From NCBI RefSeq assembly GCF_009914755.1, contig NC_060948.1: a stretch of DNA of 64,000 bases. One strand, 5' to 3'. Shown one piece after another: positions 14,328 to 28,876 of the stretch. Made by a program: the position numbers and the translations under genes. Within the stretch, counting starts at the first letter, position 1, and each line of letters begins with the position of its first letter. The notes under the pieces were generated by a model. The model was not told the DNA's origin and searched no databases. It saw only the letters and a list, made by a program, of their open reading frames with translations. The DNA is from the human T2T-CHM13v2.0 reference genome, Homo sapiens.

Positions 14328-14645
14328 GCAGGGCACAGTGGCTCACGCCGGTAATCCCAGCAGTTTGGGAGGCCGAGACGGGCAGATCACAAGGTCAGGA
14401 AATCGAGACCACCCTGGCTAACACGGTGAAACCTCGACTCTACTAAAAAAACAAACAGAGAAAAAAAATATATAGCCGGGGGTGGTGGTGCACTCCTGTA
14501 ATCCCAGTTGCTCAGGAGGCTGAGTCAGAAGAATGGCCTGAACCCGGGAGGTGGACCTTGCAGTGAGCAGAGATCATGCTGCTTCCCCGCAGTCTGGGTG
14601 ACAGAGCGAGACCCCATCTCAAAAAAAAAAAAAAAAAAAAAAAAA
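14328..14645 (+). mobile_element. AluY/Sc-type element
   Basis: gatcacaaggtcaggaaatcgagacc ... gaatggcctgaacccgggagg; A tail. Confidence 0.9.
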
Positions 14646-15514
14646 GTTAGAAGTTGTTGAACAGCTGGATTTGACCTAAAATTACTCCAAGAATGTATCA
14701 TTTTTTATGCCTCAAGCTGTTTTGTGCAGTTCTATTTTCAACTTCCATAGACAATTGTAATCTTTTATTTTTGTTTTCTTATTAGAGAATGTTTCATGAT
14801 ATGGATGTGAATAATTAAATGAACATCTTTCTATGTACAGCTTGAATTTAAATTAGAACATGATGGAGATTTTTGGATTCCCTTTAATTCCTGTTATAAA
14901 TTGTATTTCTTTAAACCTGCCCAAAGGGTAACCATCTTTCTGAAACCAATTCATTATTTCCTTCTTTTACTAAATTTTATTTCTACAAAATTAGCACTAC
15001 CAGCTTAACCTAAAGAATATATTGTCATCTGCTTTTGTTCTTTTATAAATGTCATTCTGTGTTTTTCTTGACCTAGCACTTCCTTTTTCATTGAATGGTA
15101 TGTTTTTGATATTCAACCATGAAAATTCTTGGAGCTGTAGTTCATTTATGTTCACTGATATGAGAAACCACACCCTATGGTTATTCCACAAGATATTTAA
15201 CTCTTTCAGAAGCTGGGTATTTGAATTGGCCTTATGTAAACAGTTCAACTGTTAGTATTCTGTGTATATCTTGTTGAAAAAAAATGAAGTTTCTCTACCT
15301 AGAAATAGATTTACTGGACTATATTTTATATCCATATTTAGATATGCATCCTGATGTCAAGAACTGTTTAAGTGGTTGAACAGTTTTATTTACCCAAGAA
15401 CCATATGAAAGTTTCTTGTTCTTACGTTCACTATACTGAGTCCAAAGTTGAATAGAAATGAAATTAGCTATCTTTGATTTGTTCTGTCTTTAGACAAAAG
15501 GAGTTTTAAAAAAA

Positions 15515-15804
15515 ATTTTATTTTGAGACAGTCTTACTCTGTTGCCCTGGCTAGAGTGCAGCGGCATGATCTTGTCTCACTGCAACCTCTGCTTCCGGGG
15601 TTCAAGCGATTCTCATGCCTCAGCCCCCTGAGTAGCTGCCACTACAGGCGTTCACTACCATGCCTGGCAAATTTTTGTATTTTCAGTAGAGATGGGCTTT
15701 CACCATGTTGGCCAGGCTGGTCTCGATTTCCTGACCTGAGGTGATCTGCCTACTTCAGCCTCCAAAAGTTCTGGGATCACAGGTATGAGCCACTGCATCC
15801 AGCC
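15515..15804 (-). mobile_element. AluS
   Basis: gagacagtcttactctgttgcc ... cctgacctgaggtgatctgcc ... gagccactgcatccagcc. Confidence 0.9.
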
Positions 15805-16941
15805 AGACAGAAGTCTTCTAATGTTTTATCATTATGTATAATATTTGGAGTAGGATATAAATGAACTATCTTTTTCACATAAATAAATGTTTATCTCCTT
15901 AATTTGATAACATGAAACCATAAATTCATTAGAGGTAATTTTTTTTTCATCTTTTAATATTTTCCTTGCTTTGTGTTTAATTTGTTCATGTAGTAAATTA
16001 AATAAGTTAACTTTCTAATATCAAGCTTAGTTTGATATTCAGTATACTCTTTAATATCATTTTTGTATTTGTTATATATTAATCATTTTTGTATCTCTGT
16101 ACTAAATTGGATAGGCTGTAATTTTCCTTATGTTAGGCTTCTCTGGTTTTAGCCTCAACTTAATAGTAGCTGTGTAGAAATAGTAAGAAAACATTTCTGC
16201 TCTCTGGGAGAGTTCATATAAAAAATTCCTTAATTAATAGGTGGTAGACTTGCTATTCAGTCCACCCTGGACAGATGATGTCTTTGATGTAGTTAAAAAC
16301 ATCTTTTATTTCCTGCTTGATTTGTGGGCTTTATTACGTATTGATTTCTTATATATATTAATAACAACATGTTTGCCTGTATCTGTCTGTTAACACTTTA
16401 TTATGTTCTCTTTTTTCATTTGTCTGTTGTCTGTATACATTTTGTTAAACTATTGTAACAAATTATGAGAAATGTAGTAATGTAAAAGAGCAACCATGTA
16501 GTATGTCATGGTTCTAAAGGTCAGAATTCTTGGTGCAGTGGAGCCTAGCTTGGTCCTCTTCTTAAGGTCTTCCATGGGTGAAATCAAGAGACTGGCAGGG
16601 CTGTATTCCTCTCTGGGGGCTGGAGGGATGAATCTGTTACAACATGTAGATTTTTAAAATCTAAGTATTTGCACTAACTTCTGATTTTACCATATTAGAT
16701 CCATAGGGTGAATTCCTATTTCTTGATCATTTGAGTCTTAGAGAAGCTTGATTTCCGTCCTACAACATCGTTAGATTATTACAGATTTCTTATCTGCTTT
16801 AAACAAGGGGTTTTTCTCTGTTTTTTGTCAAGATTAACATAATATTTTCAACATGTATTATACTTGAGTTGTATATTGTGAGTATATAAGTACACACAAT
16901 GAACGACTCTTCAGCCTTAAAAAAGGAGTAAATAAGAAATA

Positions 16942-17224
16942 GGCCGGACGCGGTGGCTCACGCCTGTAATCCCAGCACTTTGGGAGGCCGAGGCGGGCGG
17001 ATCACGAGGTCAGGAGATCGAGACCATCCTGGCTAACACAGTGAAACCCCGTGTCTACTAAAAATACAAAAAAATTAGCCGGGTGAGGTGGCGGGCGCCT
17101 GTAGTCCCAGGTACGCGGGAGGCTGAGGCAGGAGAATGGCGTGAACCCCAGAGGGCGGAGCTTGCAGCGAGCCGTGATGGCGCCACTGCGAGGCTCCATC
17201 TAAAAAAAAAAAAAAAAAAAAAAA
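16942..17224 (+). mobile_element. AluY with a ~22-bp right-arm deletion, inserted in an old L1M fragment (~16880-17430)
   Basis: AluY diagnostics; gccactgc|gaggctcc lacks actccagcctgggcgacagagc. Flanks tcagccttaaaaaagga and gacattatgtgaagtgaaatgagccaggcac are L1M 3' motifs. Confidence 0.9.
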
Positions 17225-17875
17225 GAAAGAAATCATGTAATTGGTGACAACACAGATGTACCTGAAGGACATTATGTGAAGTGAAATGAGCCAGGCACAT
17301 AAAAACAAACACTGCATGATGAAATGTGAAATCTAAAGAAGTCAAACTCACAGAAACAGAGAGTAGACTTGTAGTTGCTATAGGCTGGAAGTTGTGCACA
17401 TGGCGAATTTTGGTCAAAGAGCATAAACAGTTTTTTCCTTCCTATAATATTATTTTCTTAGGTTCTAATTTTTGAGCTATTGGGATTTTCACATCATAAT
17501 TTTTTGGTCTTACTTATGCTTGCATATCTTTTACTACTCTTGAATAATTTTAGTCTTTCTATATCTTTTGGCTTAAAATTTGTCTCAAATTGGTTGCATT
17601 TTTCATCTTTGGTTTTGTTACAAACGTGTGATTGTCTGGAATTTTTAATTTATGAGTTCAAAACATTTATGTTTGTTGAATATTAATTTTACTAAGGCTT
17701 AGTTTGCCATCTTGTTTGACATGTTCAATTTAGTTACTTCAGAATAAGCATAATATAACTGTATATTTTGTCTTTGAAAACATCAGTTTCCACCTGTCAT
17801 TTAATAGATATACTTCTACTGGATTTAAAACTATATTCTGTTTTTTGTTCTTACACTGTTGTTGATCATAACTGA

Positions 17876-18227
<352 letters not shown>

Positions 18228-21140
18228 CTTCCCAGTTGTTTTTATAAATTTAGCAACATACTATTGGTTTATACCAATTGTGTCCCATTTCTATATGAAA
18301 ATCAAAAATATATAGAATACATCAAGGGATTTGTTGACAGATCTGATAATTTCTGTAGCAGTCCTCTAACAAGACAAACATTTTTCAAACATGCATCTCC
18401 TTTTAGTCCCACCACTGAATGCCATTTAAGTAGATAGTTCCTAGAATTTAAGTTCTGGGCTGTTATCTATGTATAATTGTTGCATTCTTTTTTACCCATT
18501 TTAGCCAAATATAAATTATAAATTATTGATTGTCCCTGCATTTCATATATTTTCCACAATTCTTATCAAAATACTCATATTCTTTCATAGGTGTTTTCTC
18601 AAAAATATTTTTGAGTCATTGAAATTTTGTTTAGCAAAATGTTTGAGTCCCTTTTTGATCAATTTTTTGTTTTTACTTTGCCTATACTATTTGTTTCTAA
18701 ACAAAAAATTTAAATTCACAGTTATTTTTCTTCCAACTTTCAAATATCACTACTGTATCTGCAGATGTTCTGTGCTATCACTGGAAAGTTTAATGTCAGT
18801 CTGATTCTTACTCATTCATGACTCAGCTATTTTTTTCTCCGAAGGCTATTATAATTTTGTATTTGTCTTTGACGTCCTTGAATTTCATAGCAATATATCA
18901 ACTCAGGGCACTCTATGAGCTCATTCAAAATAAAGTTTTTGTTCTGTTTGTCTGTTTTAAGCATATTTTCATTCATTCATCAACTTAGTTCTTTCTGTTT
19001 TTTTCTCTCTTACCTATTATTGATATATCTACCAAAACTGCCTTTCTCTCCTTTATTCTTTCCTGGTGTTTCCTATGAATGTTCTTCCATCTGATCTTCC
19101 AATTCAGTAATTTGTTCTTCAATTCTCTCTGTTCTAAGATTTATCTTAACTATTATGTTCTTGTTCATCTTTACTATTACTTATTCCATACTTACTATAT
19201 TTACCAAGTTATCTTTTAATTCTTATTATAATCTACTATTTGAAATATATTACCTTAGGTGATCAAGTGTATTATTTTGTCTTTTGTAATTTCTTCATTG
19301 ATCTGTTCCAATAATTATATCTTATGTAGAAGAGTTTTCATCTGTTGAGAGAGATAGAGTTTGGTAACTTTTTTAAATATTCAGGTATATAACTTTTTAA
19401 AAAAACATTTAGCCTATATCCTCCTTAGGTGGGTGAAAACTCAACCATCAGCCTGTTTGTAATTGTGGATTTGATATGACTTAAGGCCATGCCCAAGTCT
19501 ATGTTTATTTTACAAGATTAACATTCAAAAATCACTTTTAGGTTACTCTGGTGCACTGAAAACCTGCAAGGAAGGCTTCTTATTTGAAATGTGCCTTTAA
19601 ACTCTAAATGAACTGGCATTACAAAGAGGCAGCCTCTTTAACATCCTTTCTGGGGGCATGGAGGGGAAGGGGCTGAAGCAGGAAAAGCCCATTGTGGCCA
19701 TGAGTGACTGGTGGCCCTGTAGGTTTTTAGCCGACTCCTCAATGCATCTGAGTTTCCCCTAGGCTTACCGAAATCCTACTACCTGATGGCTGCTGTAGGG
19801 TTCTATGTTGTATGGAGAAGAGAAGATGGAAGGGAGATTAGATAATGATTAACTCAAGACATTTTTGCTAAGAGACAAGAGTGAACCTAAGACTTTTCTT
19901 TCAAACTGGCATCGTTGTGTTACCACTTCCACCCTCTGCCAGAAGGTTTAGCCACCCCCATCCGCCATATATACATGGTTCTTCAGGTTGTACTCTCTGC
20001 AGAATGGCTTATAGTTTACTGCTTTTATGTTCTGTTATTGCTCTTTCAGTAGATCGATGCCTTCATTTTCTTAGCCTCTGTAGTTTCTCAAATGTAGATT
20101 TTTGTGGAGGAAGCAGCATTCTGTTCTATTCACCATCTCAAAAGAAGCATAAATCTTTTTCTTGATTTATTAGTATTTTTCCCAACCCATCAAATAAATC
20201 TGTACTTCTACCACCCCCCAGACTTTGCACTGAAGAGGATTGAGAAATGGTGAAACACTTAGCTATTGGATAGCTTTTTTCATTCCCACAGACCTCATCA
20301 GTTATTGTTAGCTAATATACCCATTAAGAAAATTACCGAGGAAACACCACATACATCCTTATTAATTCATCACTTGTCAAAATCCTTCTAAGCACCTTTC
20401 ATCTATTTCTAAAAACATTCCAAATATTTCAGGGACAATTTCCTAATATTTTGGTTTTGAATGTCACATAGTTCATCTATCATCATATATGATAGCTATA
20501 ACTACAGAAACCAAAATATTAACTAATTCTTAATGACAATTAGGATAATGAAGGATCTATTAGAATTGCTCTGGGTGTCTTTGATTGTCATATGAATTTT
20601 TAACCAAAGGCTTGTATGAGTTCCAGAGAGCAAACCCACTACATTTTCCCTGCCCTGACTTCCAGCCCATCACTATGTAGATCCATTGTGGAGCTTTGTT
20701 ACTCCTTTGTAGTGTATTAAATTCGAGGATATAATATCATCTGATTATGGATGAAAGTAATGGGACACTTACTGCCATGAGAGCCCCTCGTGACAGGTGA
20801 TAGTTGAACCAGAAGTTTAAAGACCTGTGGCAGACAGGAGGGGGTAAAACAATAGGACGCAGGACCCAGGAATACATTAGGGAAGGCAACAACAGTGAAG
20901 GAAGAGCTAGAGTAATTGAAAGGCTGATAAACATATTTGGAGCCAGTTCTTTTTATGCTATCATTAAGATAAAATCAGTAAATCAGTAATCCTTGCCTGG
21001 TGGATATTTCTTCTTTGCAAGAAAAATGTTTTAACTAAAGGAAGTCATTTTTGATAATTTGATTTATATACATACATATATCCTCTGTACAAATTGCCTC
21101 CAAGCACTTTGGGGACAGGAGAAGAGGGGAAACCTGTGAG

Positions 21141-21200
21141 ATTGATAGATGCTAGATAGATAGATAGATAGGTAGATAGATAGTTAGGTTAGAGATATAA
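21141..21200. repeat. Imperfect (GATA)n tetranucleotide repeat
   Basis: tagatagatagatagataggtagatagatag. Confidence 0.85.
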
Positions 21201-21825
21201 AGATATATTCTCTCTATATATATATTTTTTCTTTGTCTCTCTAAAGACATGATTAGGAAACATTCTCTTGCTATATATAAGTATATATATTATATACATA
21301 CTTACATATTATATATAATTTATATATAAATGTAATATATATTATTTGTATCATAAATATAAATATATTTTTATATACACATTCTCTCTACAAATAGAAC
21401 ATATCTATCGAGAGAGACATATGCAGTATATGTATATGTGTATGTGTATGTATATCTAAAACAAAGAAACAATATAAACACAAAATCCAAATGTCAAGTG
21501 GAAGAAAACTCTAATCAGCTACAAGGGACAATTAGAACATCTGTAAGAATAATATGTGTACTGGATTTAAAATGATAAAGACATTAAAATGCATATATTC
21601 ATCATGATACCCAGAATAAAACTCACTGTTAATATTACTAGGCAATGATCACATTCTCCTGGATCTTGATCAATAAAAATTATGATTTTTCCTACATTTG
21701 GAATAAATACTGAATTTCACAATAACTAAAAAATTGATGATTACAAGTAAAATTCCAGATAATATATGCAGGAAAAACAATAGTATAAGAAAATCATTAT
21801 TTTGTGAAACCCCAAATTAAGCTAA

Positions 21826-22000
21826 GTGTGTGAGTCTGTTCTCACACTGCCAAAAGAACTGCCCGAGACTGGCTAATTTATAAAAGAAAGAGGTTTAATT
21901 GACTCACAGTTCTGCAAGGCTGGGAAGGCTTCCAGAAACTTTCAATCAAGGCAGAAAGGGAAGCAAACATGTCCTTCTTCACATGGTGCCAGGAGAGAGA
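21826..22000 (-). mobile_element. THE1/MST LTR fragment
   Basis: gagtctgttctcacactgc ... gaaagaggtttaattgactcacagttc ... gtccttcttcacatgg. Confidence 0.8.
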
Positions 22001-23129
22001 AATCAGGTATACATTATAATTTATTCCTCCTGTTTTTTTTTTGTTTGTTTTTTGTTTGTTTATATTTTCCAAAAATAAGAGGCCATATCCAACACAGTGA
22101 AGCAAAATGAACAAAGACGTTCAAATACTGAAGTTGAGCATAAATTTGACTTCACAATTTCTGTCAGATGAACCAAAAAAAAAAAAAAAAAAAAAGAGAG
22201 AGAGAGAGAAACATTTGATTCTGGGATTTTTATTTCCAGAAAGAGAAAGTTTTTCTCTTTTTCTTCTGATTATTGATTAAGAGTAGTTATGAAGTTGGAG
22301 ATAAAAGGAGAAGATGGCAATGATTGTTCCTTGTTCTTTCTTTCTGCAGTGGCTGTCAGCTTCACTGATGATATTAAGAATAACACAGCAAAGCCTGACT
22401 GCCTCCCTAAAGACAGATACTTCCATTACGTGTGGCGGTACCCTTCACTCCTGAATCTAGAAAATACTACTTGGGCCATGTTAAGTTTATTCTTAAAAGC
22501 CTAACATTGTGTAGCTACAGCTGCCCAACAAATCTGCCCAAAGCACTGTTCCCCCAATTGTGAATATGCATACAAATAACTTTTCAGTTTTCATGCCTAC
22601 TCCTGGATCATACCACCAGACATTCTGATTTGGAGGTCGACTGTGGAGCCTATGCAATTTAAAATTTTACAGACTACCCAAGGTTATGTGAATATATCCC
22701 GAGATAGCACAGCCTTCCCAGGCTGTTGGTGCCATAAGGACTTGGAGAGATCACCCTCGCTTACCCACAAACAACTTGCAGGACTAAGAAGAGTGCTTAA
22801 TGAATATGTGTTCAAAAAATAAAGGAATGCACCTGTGCTTGGAGATACCTGGAGAGCTCTCTCTCTCTCTCTCTTCATCTCCCCTCTGTATCTCTCACTC
22901 TTTCTCTGGCTCTCGTTCACTCTTTCTCTCTCTCTCTGATTCATTTGCTATGCCGCTGAGTCATACAGTGAGAAGCAGCTTAAGGTCATTAAAAGGTTGA
23001 AGCATCATGGGAAAAAGTGAACATGTTTTCATTTGAATCTCTATTTTTAACTCTTTCTGAACTTGAGACTGTTGCAGTGATAATGAAATAAGCCTATGGT
23101 GGTTCTTGGAAATCATTTTAGACACACAA

Positions 23130-23950
23130 ATTTCTAACATATATAGAGATAATATGTAAGATCACATTATATATAAAGTCACATAGAGTAAGTATAATAT
23201 ATAATCATATATAATTATAAAAAATTACATATAAAAGTATATTATATATCATACTTATATATTCATATTATATAAATATATAATATATATTAATTATCTA
23301 TAATTTTAAATATAAATTATATATGTAATTATATATTATACATTATATTATATATAAAATATATTTCATATTATGGAAATATATTTTATATATTACATAT
23401 TATATATAATATATAAAATTGTATATTATATAAAAATATATATCATATATAAAATATAATGTATAATTATATATACTTCATTATATAATATGAAATTATT
23501 ATATGTAATACACACTATATATGGTATATAATATATAACATAATTTAAATATAAATTTTATATAATATATAATTTTATAGAATACATTATATACTATAAG
23601 TATATAATTATTTTACATATAATATATTATATATAAAATATAATATAATATGTATTGTATATATTTATATAATATTTTATATATAGAACATAATATAAAT
23701 TTGTATATGATGTATATCATATAGTATATGTAATTATTATATCTAGTTTATGCTATATTGTATGTAATTATATATAAAATATAATTTTAAATATAAACTC
23801 TATATGATATAATTTATATATTATAATATATGATTAGATAATATATAATAAGTATATATACTTAATATATGTGATCTTGTTAAGTATAATACATATATTA
23901 TATATAATATATATTATATGTATATAAAATATATTAAACTTACCATATAT
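23130..23950. repeat. Long (TA)-rich low-complexity tract
   Basis: About 800 bp made almost entirely of degenerate TATA/TATAA units. Confidence 0.9.
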
Positions 23951-25259
23951 GATCTTGTTTGACATGTCTTTTTGTATAGAAAAGCACTTAAATTACCCCT
24001 ACTTCAGCAATGAGGATGTTGTGTTTAGGCCAAAAGGCAATATAAACACAACTTGCTATTAAAGTTTTTTCTTAATCATCACTACCACTGAACCATTAAT
24101 AAGTATTTTCCTGCACAAGATAATAATAGCATCTCACATTTCCATGGTACTTTATAATGCCTGAAGCTCTTCCACATTCATAATTTTGTTCATGTCATAG
24201 AAAGAATGAGCTTTAGTAACCTCTTCCATTTAAGGGGATCACAGAATGAGTAAAAGCCTAGGGTGCAGTTAGAAAAGAACTAGGTTTCAGTCATCTAGAC
24301 ATGGTTCTAGGACTCTTGAATGCATGTGTAACTCAGGCTGAAAATCCCGGAAGATACATCCCCATCCCAAGAGCACCTACACAATTTCAATAACCTGGTT
24401 ACAACTGATGCACTTTGGATATTGCACTCTTCACAAACATCTATCCAAATCTAACATGAACTCACATCAGAACAACTATCGAATCCCCACTCCTACCAAA
24501 TATTCACGTCTGGTATTACCACCAAAGCCTGAAGCACCCTGACAACATGTGTCCAGATGTTGTTGAATTTTTTCCATCCTGACTGCCTCTCACCGAAAGC
24601 CAGAACCAACTTGCTCCTGGATGACTGCAGTGGACTTCTTCCAAAGGCAGCCTCCTGCAGTCACATCCATCAGTGCCTCTTATGGACTTCACAAAACCAT
24701 AAATTCTATCACATACTGCTATCTTCCCATTCTTATGTCTTGTCATTGTTTTATAATAAATTCCAACATTTTAGTCACTTTTCCAAGTGTGAAGTCATTT
24801 ATGCCTACCACTGTAATACCATTCTTTCACATTTCCTTAGTCATGATGAGTCAGTTACACTGGGAATCCTTCTGTTCTCCTCACCCTTTAAAGTTCCTTT
24901 TGGAACTTTGAAACTTATAATTCTTTTCAGGAATGTTTCCCTCTTAACATCTTGTGGCTGCTTCCCTGTCATCATTTCCTTCCATTTCTACCTTTTCAGA
25001 GAGGCTTTGTTTAGAAGAAAATATAGGAGCAAATCTTTGCCAGCTAGGCTTATGAAAAGTTTTCTTACATAGAACACAAAATACAAGAACTGTAAGAGAA
25101 TGTATTGATTATGAGGACTTCAAGGCACCACGAAGAACTCAGACAAAAAGCTTCAGATTCAGACAAAACATTTGTAACTAATAGAGCAGAGAATTGACTT
25201 GCATCTTGAATATATATAAATATCTCCCAACTCAATTGTTAGGCAAGCGCCCTATAGAG

Positions 25260-25763
25260 CAGCACTCCTGAACATTTTTGACATCAGGGACTGGTTTCAC
25301 ATAAGTCAATTTTCCCATGTCGGTGGATGGTTTCTGGGTGAAAATGTTCCACCTCAAATCACTAGGAATTACATTCTCATCAATAAGCACACAACCTACA
25401 TCCCTCGCATGTGCCGTCTCAATAGGATTTCCGCTCCTATGAGAATATAATGTCACCACTTAACTAACAGGAGATGGAGCTCAGGCAGTCATTTGGGTGA
25501 TGAGGATTGGCTGTAAATACAGAGGAAGCTTTGCTAGGTTGCCTGCAACTCCCCTCCTGCTGACCCAGTTCCTAAAAGGCCATGGACCAGGCTTTGGTGG
25601 TAATACAAGATGTGAATGTGTGGTAGGAGTGGGGATTCAATGGTTGTTCTGACGTGTGTTCATGTTAGACTTGGATACATGTTTGTGAAGAGTGCAATAT
25701 CCAACGTGTGTTGGTTGTATCTGGTCCAGTACTGGACCATAGCCTGGGGATTGGGGATCCCTG
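25260..25763 (+). mobile_element. MER1B hAT-Charlie DNA transposon carrying a ~130-bp foreign insert
   Basis: Ends cagcactcctgaac...ttggggatccctg; internal tgttccacctcaaatca and gctcctatgagaat; 8-bp TSD ctatagag (25252-25259) / ctgtagag (25764-25771). Confidence 0.88.
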
Positions 25764-25771
25764 CTGTAGAG

Positions 25772-26205
25772 GACAGAATAACAAACCCCTATGTATGTTC
25801 ACATCCTACGTTTTGTGGCAAGAAGGTCTTAAGTGATGTGATAAAAGACTTTAAGATGGGGACAGCATCCTCAAGTATCTAGGTGAGCTCAATGTAATAG
25901 AAATATCCTTATAAAACAGAAACTGAAACTTTGAAACAATAGAAAATCTGAAGGTGAAACAGAGGTCAAATAGAGATTAAGGTGCTGTGCTACTGGCTAT
26001 TAACGTGGAAGAGGGGTCCATGTGTTGGAAGCCTCTAAAAGGTGGGAGAAACAAGGAAATAGTTCCACAATTGTACGCTGCAGAAGGTACCAGCACTGAA
26101 GAAGCATTTTAGACCTCTGATTTCCAAAACTATCAGATACTAAGTATGTGTTGGGTTAAGCCACCAAGTTTGTGTATGTTATGGCAACAACTAAGAAACA
26201 CATAC
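25772..26205 (+). mobile_element. MaLR LTR (MLT1D-like)
   Basis: gtggcaagaagg...gatgtgat; ttttagacctctgatttccaaaact ... taagccaccaagtttgtg. Confidence 0.6.
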
Positions 26206-26441
26206 ATCACATTATTTAACCTTTGCTTGTAAACAATTTGTCTCTCCATGCTGGAGGGTGAATCTCCTGATATCAAAGATCCTGTTTGTATTGTTCATTG
26301 TCTGTGTCTTCAACACTAAGGACAAAACATGACTAGCATATTTTGAGCATTCATGTAGACCTGTTAAATGAACACATGGAATAATCTCAAATGCCTGCTA
26401 AGTATTTTATCTCAATTTCATCTTGTTATATTAAAACCTGT

Positions 26442-26780
26442 GGTCAGCTGTGGTGGCTCACGCCTGTAATCCCAGCTATCTGGGAGGCCAAGGCGAGAGG
26501 ATCAAGAGGTTAGGAGATTGAGACTATCCTGACTAACACGGTGAAACCCCGTCTTTACTAAAAATACACACACAAAAAAATTTAGCTGGGCATGGTGGCA
26601 GGCGCCTGTAGTGCCAGCTACTCAGGAGACTGAGGCCGGAGAATGACATGAACCCGGGAGGTAGAGGTGCAGTGAGCTGAGCTCATGCCACTGCACTGCA
26701 GCCTGGGCAACCATGCGAGACTCTGCCTCAAAAACAAAAACAAAAACAAAAAACAAACAGAAATATTAACAAAAACAAAC
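26442..26780 (+). mobile_element. AluY/Sc-type element with (CAAAAA)n tail
   Basis: gtggctcacgcctgtaatccc ... ctaacacggtgaaacccc ... gaacccgggagg. Confidence 0.88.
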
Positions 26781-28619
26781 AACAACAAATAAAAACCTGT
26801 GCTTTTTTCCCAACAATTAACTTCAACTCTTAATCATCATTCTTTTGCCTTGGGGGATAATATAAGGTTAATTATATTTTGTAAAACACAAGAGTCATGA
26901 ACAAAATCTAATGGACCATACATAGCCTCCATGTGCTGTCTACTCATGATGCAGTGTTTCAAATATAAAACATATATATAGTATATATGTATACATACAT
27001 ATATACATTCAACAAGCAAACAATATATATATTACCCTGGAGAACTGCTTTGTTGAAGCCTATAAAAGTTTGTGTGTGGAGCTTATAAAATTGAGTGTGA
27101 TAAAAGTTGGAAAATTGAGATAAAGTGGAGAATTGTTACTGTGATAGTTGCTTAAAATCTAGTTTTTAGAACAACACTAAGTTTGACCATAGCTGCTCTG
27201 GTATGTGATCCATTTAATGTTTTTGCTTTTGTACATTAATTATCAGAGAGATATCTTAGCCTGAGATATTTAAATCTGTTAGTGAATAAAGACTTCCATG
27301 CAACACCGAGACAGAGTTATCAAAAATGACAAATCCTTGACAATTATAGTAACAAACTTTAGTACAGTAAGAGATATAATAGGACACTGTAACTGCTCTC
27401 AGATCAAACATCCCTCCTGCTTAGAGAAAAAAAAAAATTGCACTTAGTGCAAATAGAATTGCACCAATTTCTCTGATACAGCCTGAAAATTAAGCCAACA
27501 TTTCAGGTCTTGTAAGAAAAGTTGCTGTCTTCTGGCTTAGAAAAGGCATCCCAGGTAGTGGCTGACCATTAAAAGGAAGATGAGCGTTATGAGGTAGCCA
27601 TCTTCAAAAAGAAAAATGGCAAAGACTTTACAAAACCTTAATGTTACAATGTATAAAAATAGTATAAATAAGTAAGAACTTAAAGAGACAGAGAGTGCGG
27701 TTAAAGCAGCAAGCCAGTAGGACAATTTTAGTGTATAGCTTAAGGTACAATATATGCATAATTTGCCCTTCCTTAATTCTAGAAAATATTGTCTGTCTTC
27801 TTCAATAACCTTTCTATTAATGAAACTAAACATTCCACTGGGATTTTAGCTCTTTTTTATGCTGTCATATTTACTTTGCTACTGTATGTGATTACAACTA
27901 ACTTCTAATTTGTCTAATATATGTGATATTTTATCTAGTATTTCATTCATTTAATATGAATTTTAATTAATCTAATATAATATTGTAAAAGTCTTTTTCT
28001 TATATGTATTTTATAGTGCCTTTTATATGTGTTTTATCTCCATACTTTGATGGTGAAAACTTACTTTCAATTCAAGTGTTTTAAAATACTCTCATTAAAA
28101 ACAAATGGAAATATAAATGAAAAAAAAACATTTCTGTAACTTTTCAAAGTATATATGGAAATGCACTCAACTGTGGCAACATTTTCCCCCAGGTTTAGCA
28201 TATTGCTTGGATGATTATGGCTACTTCATACATGTTTGTTGAATGAGAATTTTTCATAAATTTTATAGTGTATGTAAAAGCTATGGTATGTTTTTTGTCT
28301 TGTCTTTCTCTTTTGGCTTTAAACACATAGTGGCTAAACACAGAGCAGGCTGAATAAATACATCCCCCCTTTATGCAAAATTATTCACTAATAAATGGTA
28401 TCTAGTTCATTCTTTAAAATACCATAAGAGAACACATAATATCTCTTTACCATTTGCAAAATTTTGAAGTCAGAGTCTAATTTGACCAGCAGTCGATTTT
28501 ACCCTTTGGACTCGTTTAATTTATTTGAAGAACATTTATTTGTTCCTCATGTGTGCAGGTGAAGCAAAACTAAAGAGCATGGCTTCTGATCTTCATGGAA
28601 GCAGGCTAGTAGGCAGCTA

Positions 28620-28876
28620 TTTTTTGTTTGCTTTTTGAGATGGAGTTTTTTTTTCTTGTCACTCAGGCTGGAATGCAATGGCATGATCTCCGCACACTAC
28701 AATTTCTCCTCCCAGGTCCAAGTGATTCTCATGCATCAGATCCCCGAGTAGCTGGGGTTACAGGCATGCACCACCACACCCAGCTAATTTTTGCCTTTTT
28801 AGTAGAGATTGGGTTTCACCATGTTGGCCAGGCAGACCTTGACCTCCTGACCTCAGGTGAACTGCCTGCCTTGGCA
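28620..28876 (-). mobile_element. AluS, 5'-truncated
   Basis: gagatggag ... caggctggaatgcaatggc ... ctcctgacctcaggtga. Confidence 0.85.

Noticed and set aside
21141-21200. Assignment of the GATA repeat to a named forensic Y-STR
   Set aside because: Short and interrupted; I cannot match it to a DYS marker without a database.
24557-25072. 171-aa + strand ORF
   Set aside because: No recognisable domain, intron-like composition and no supporting splice or promoter context.
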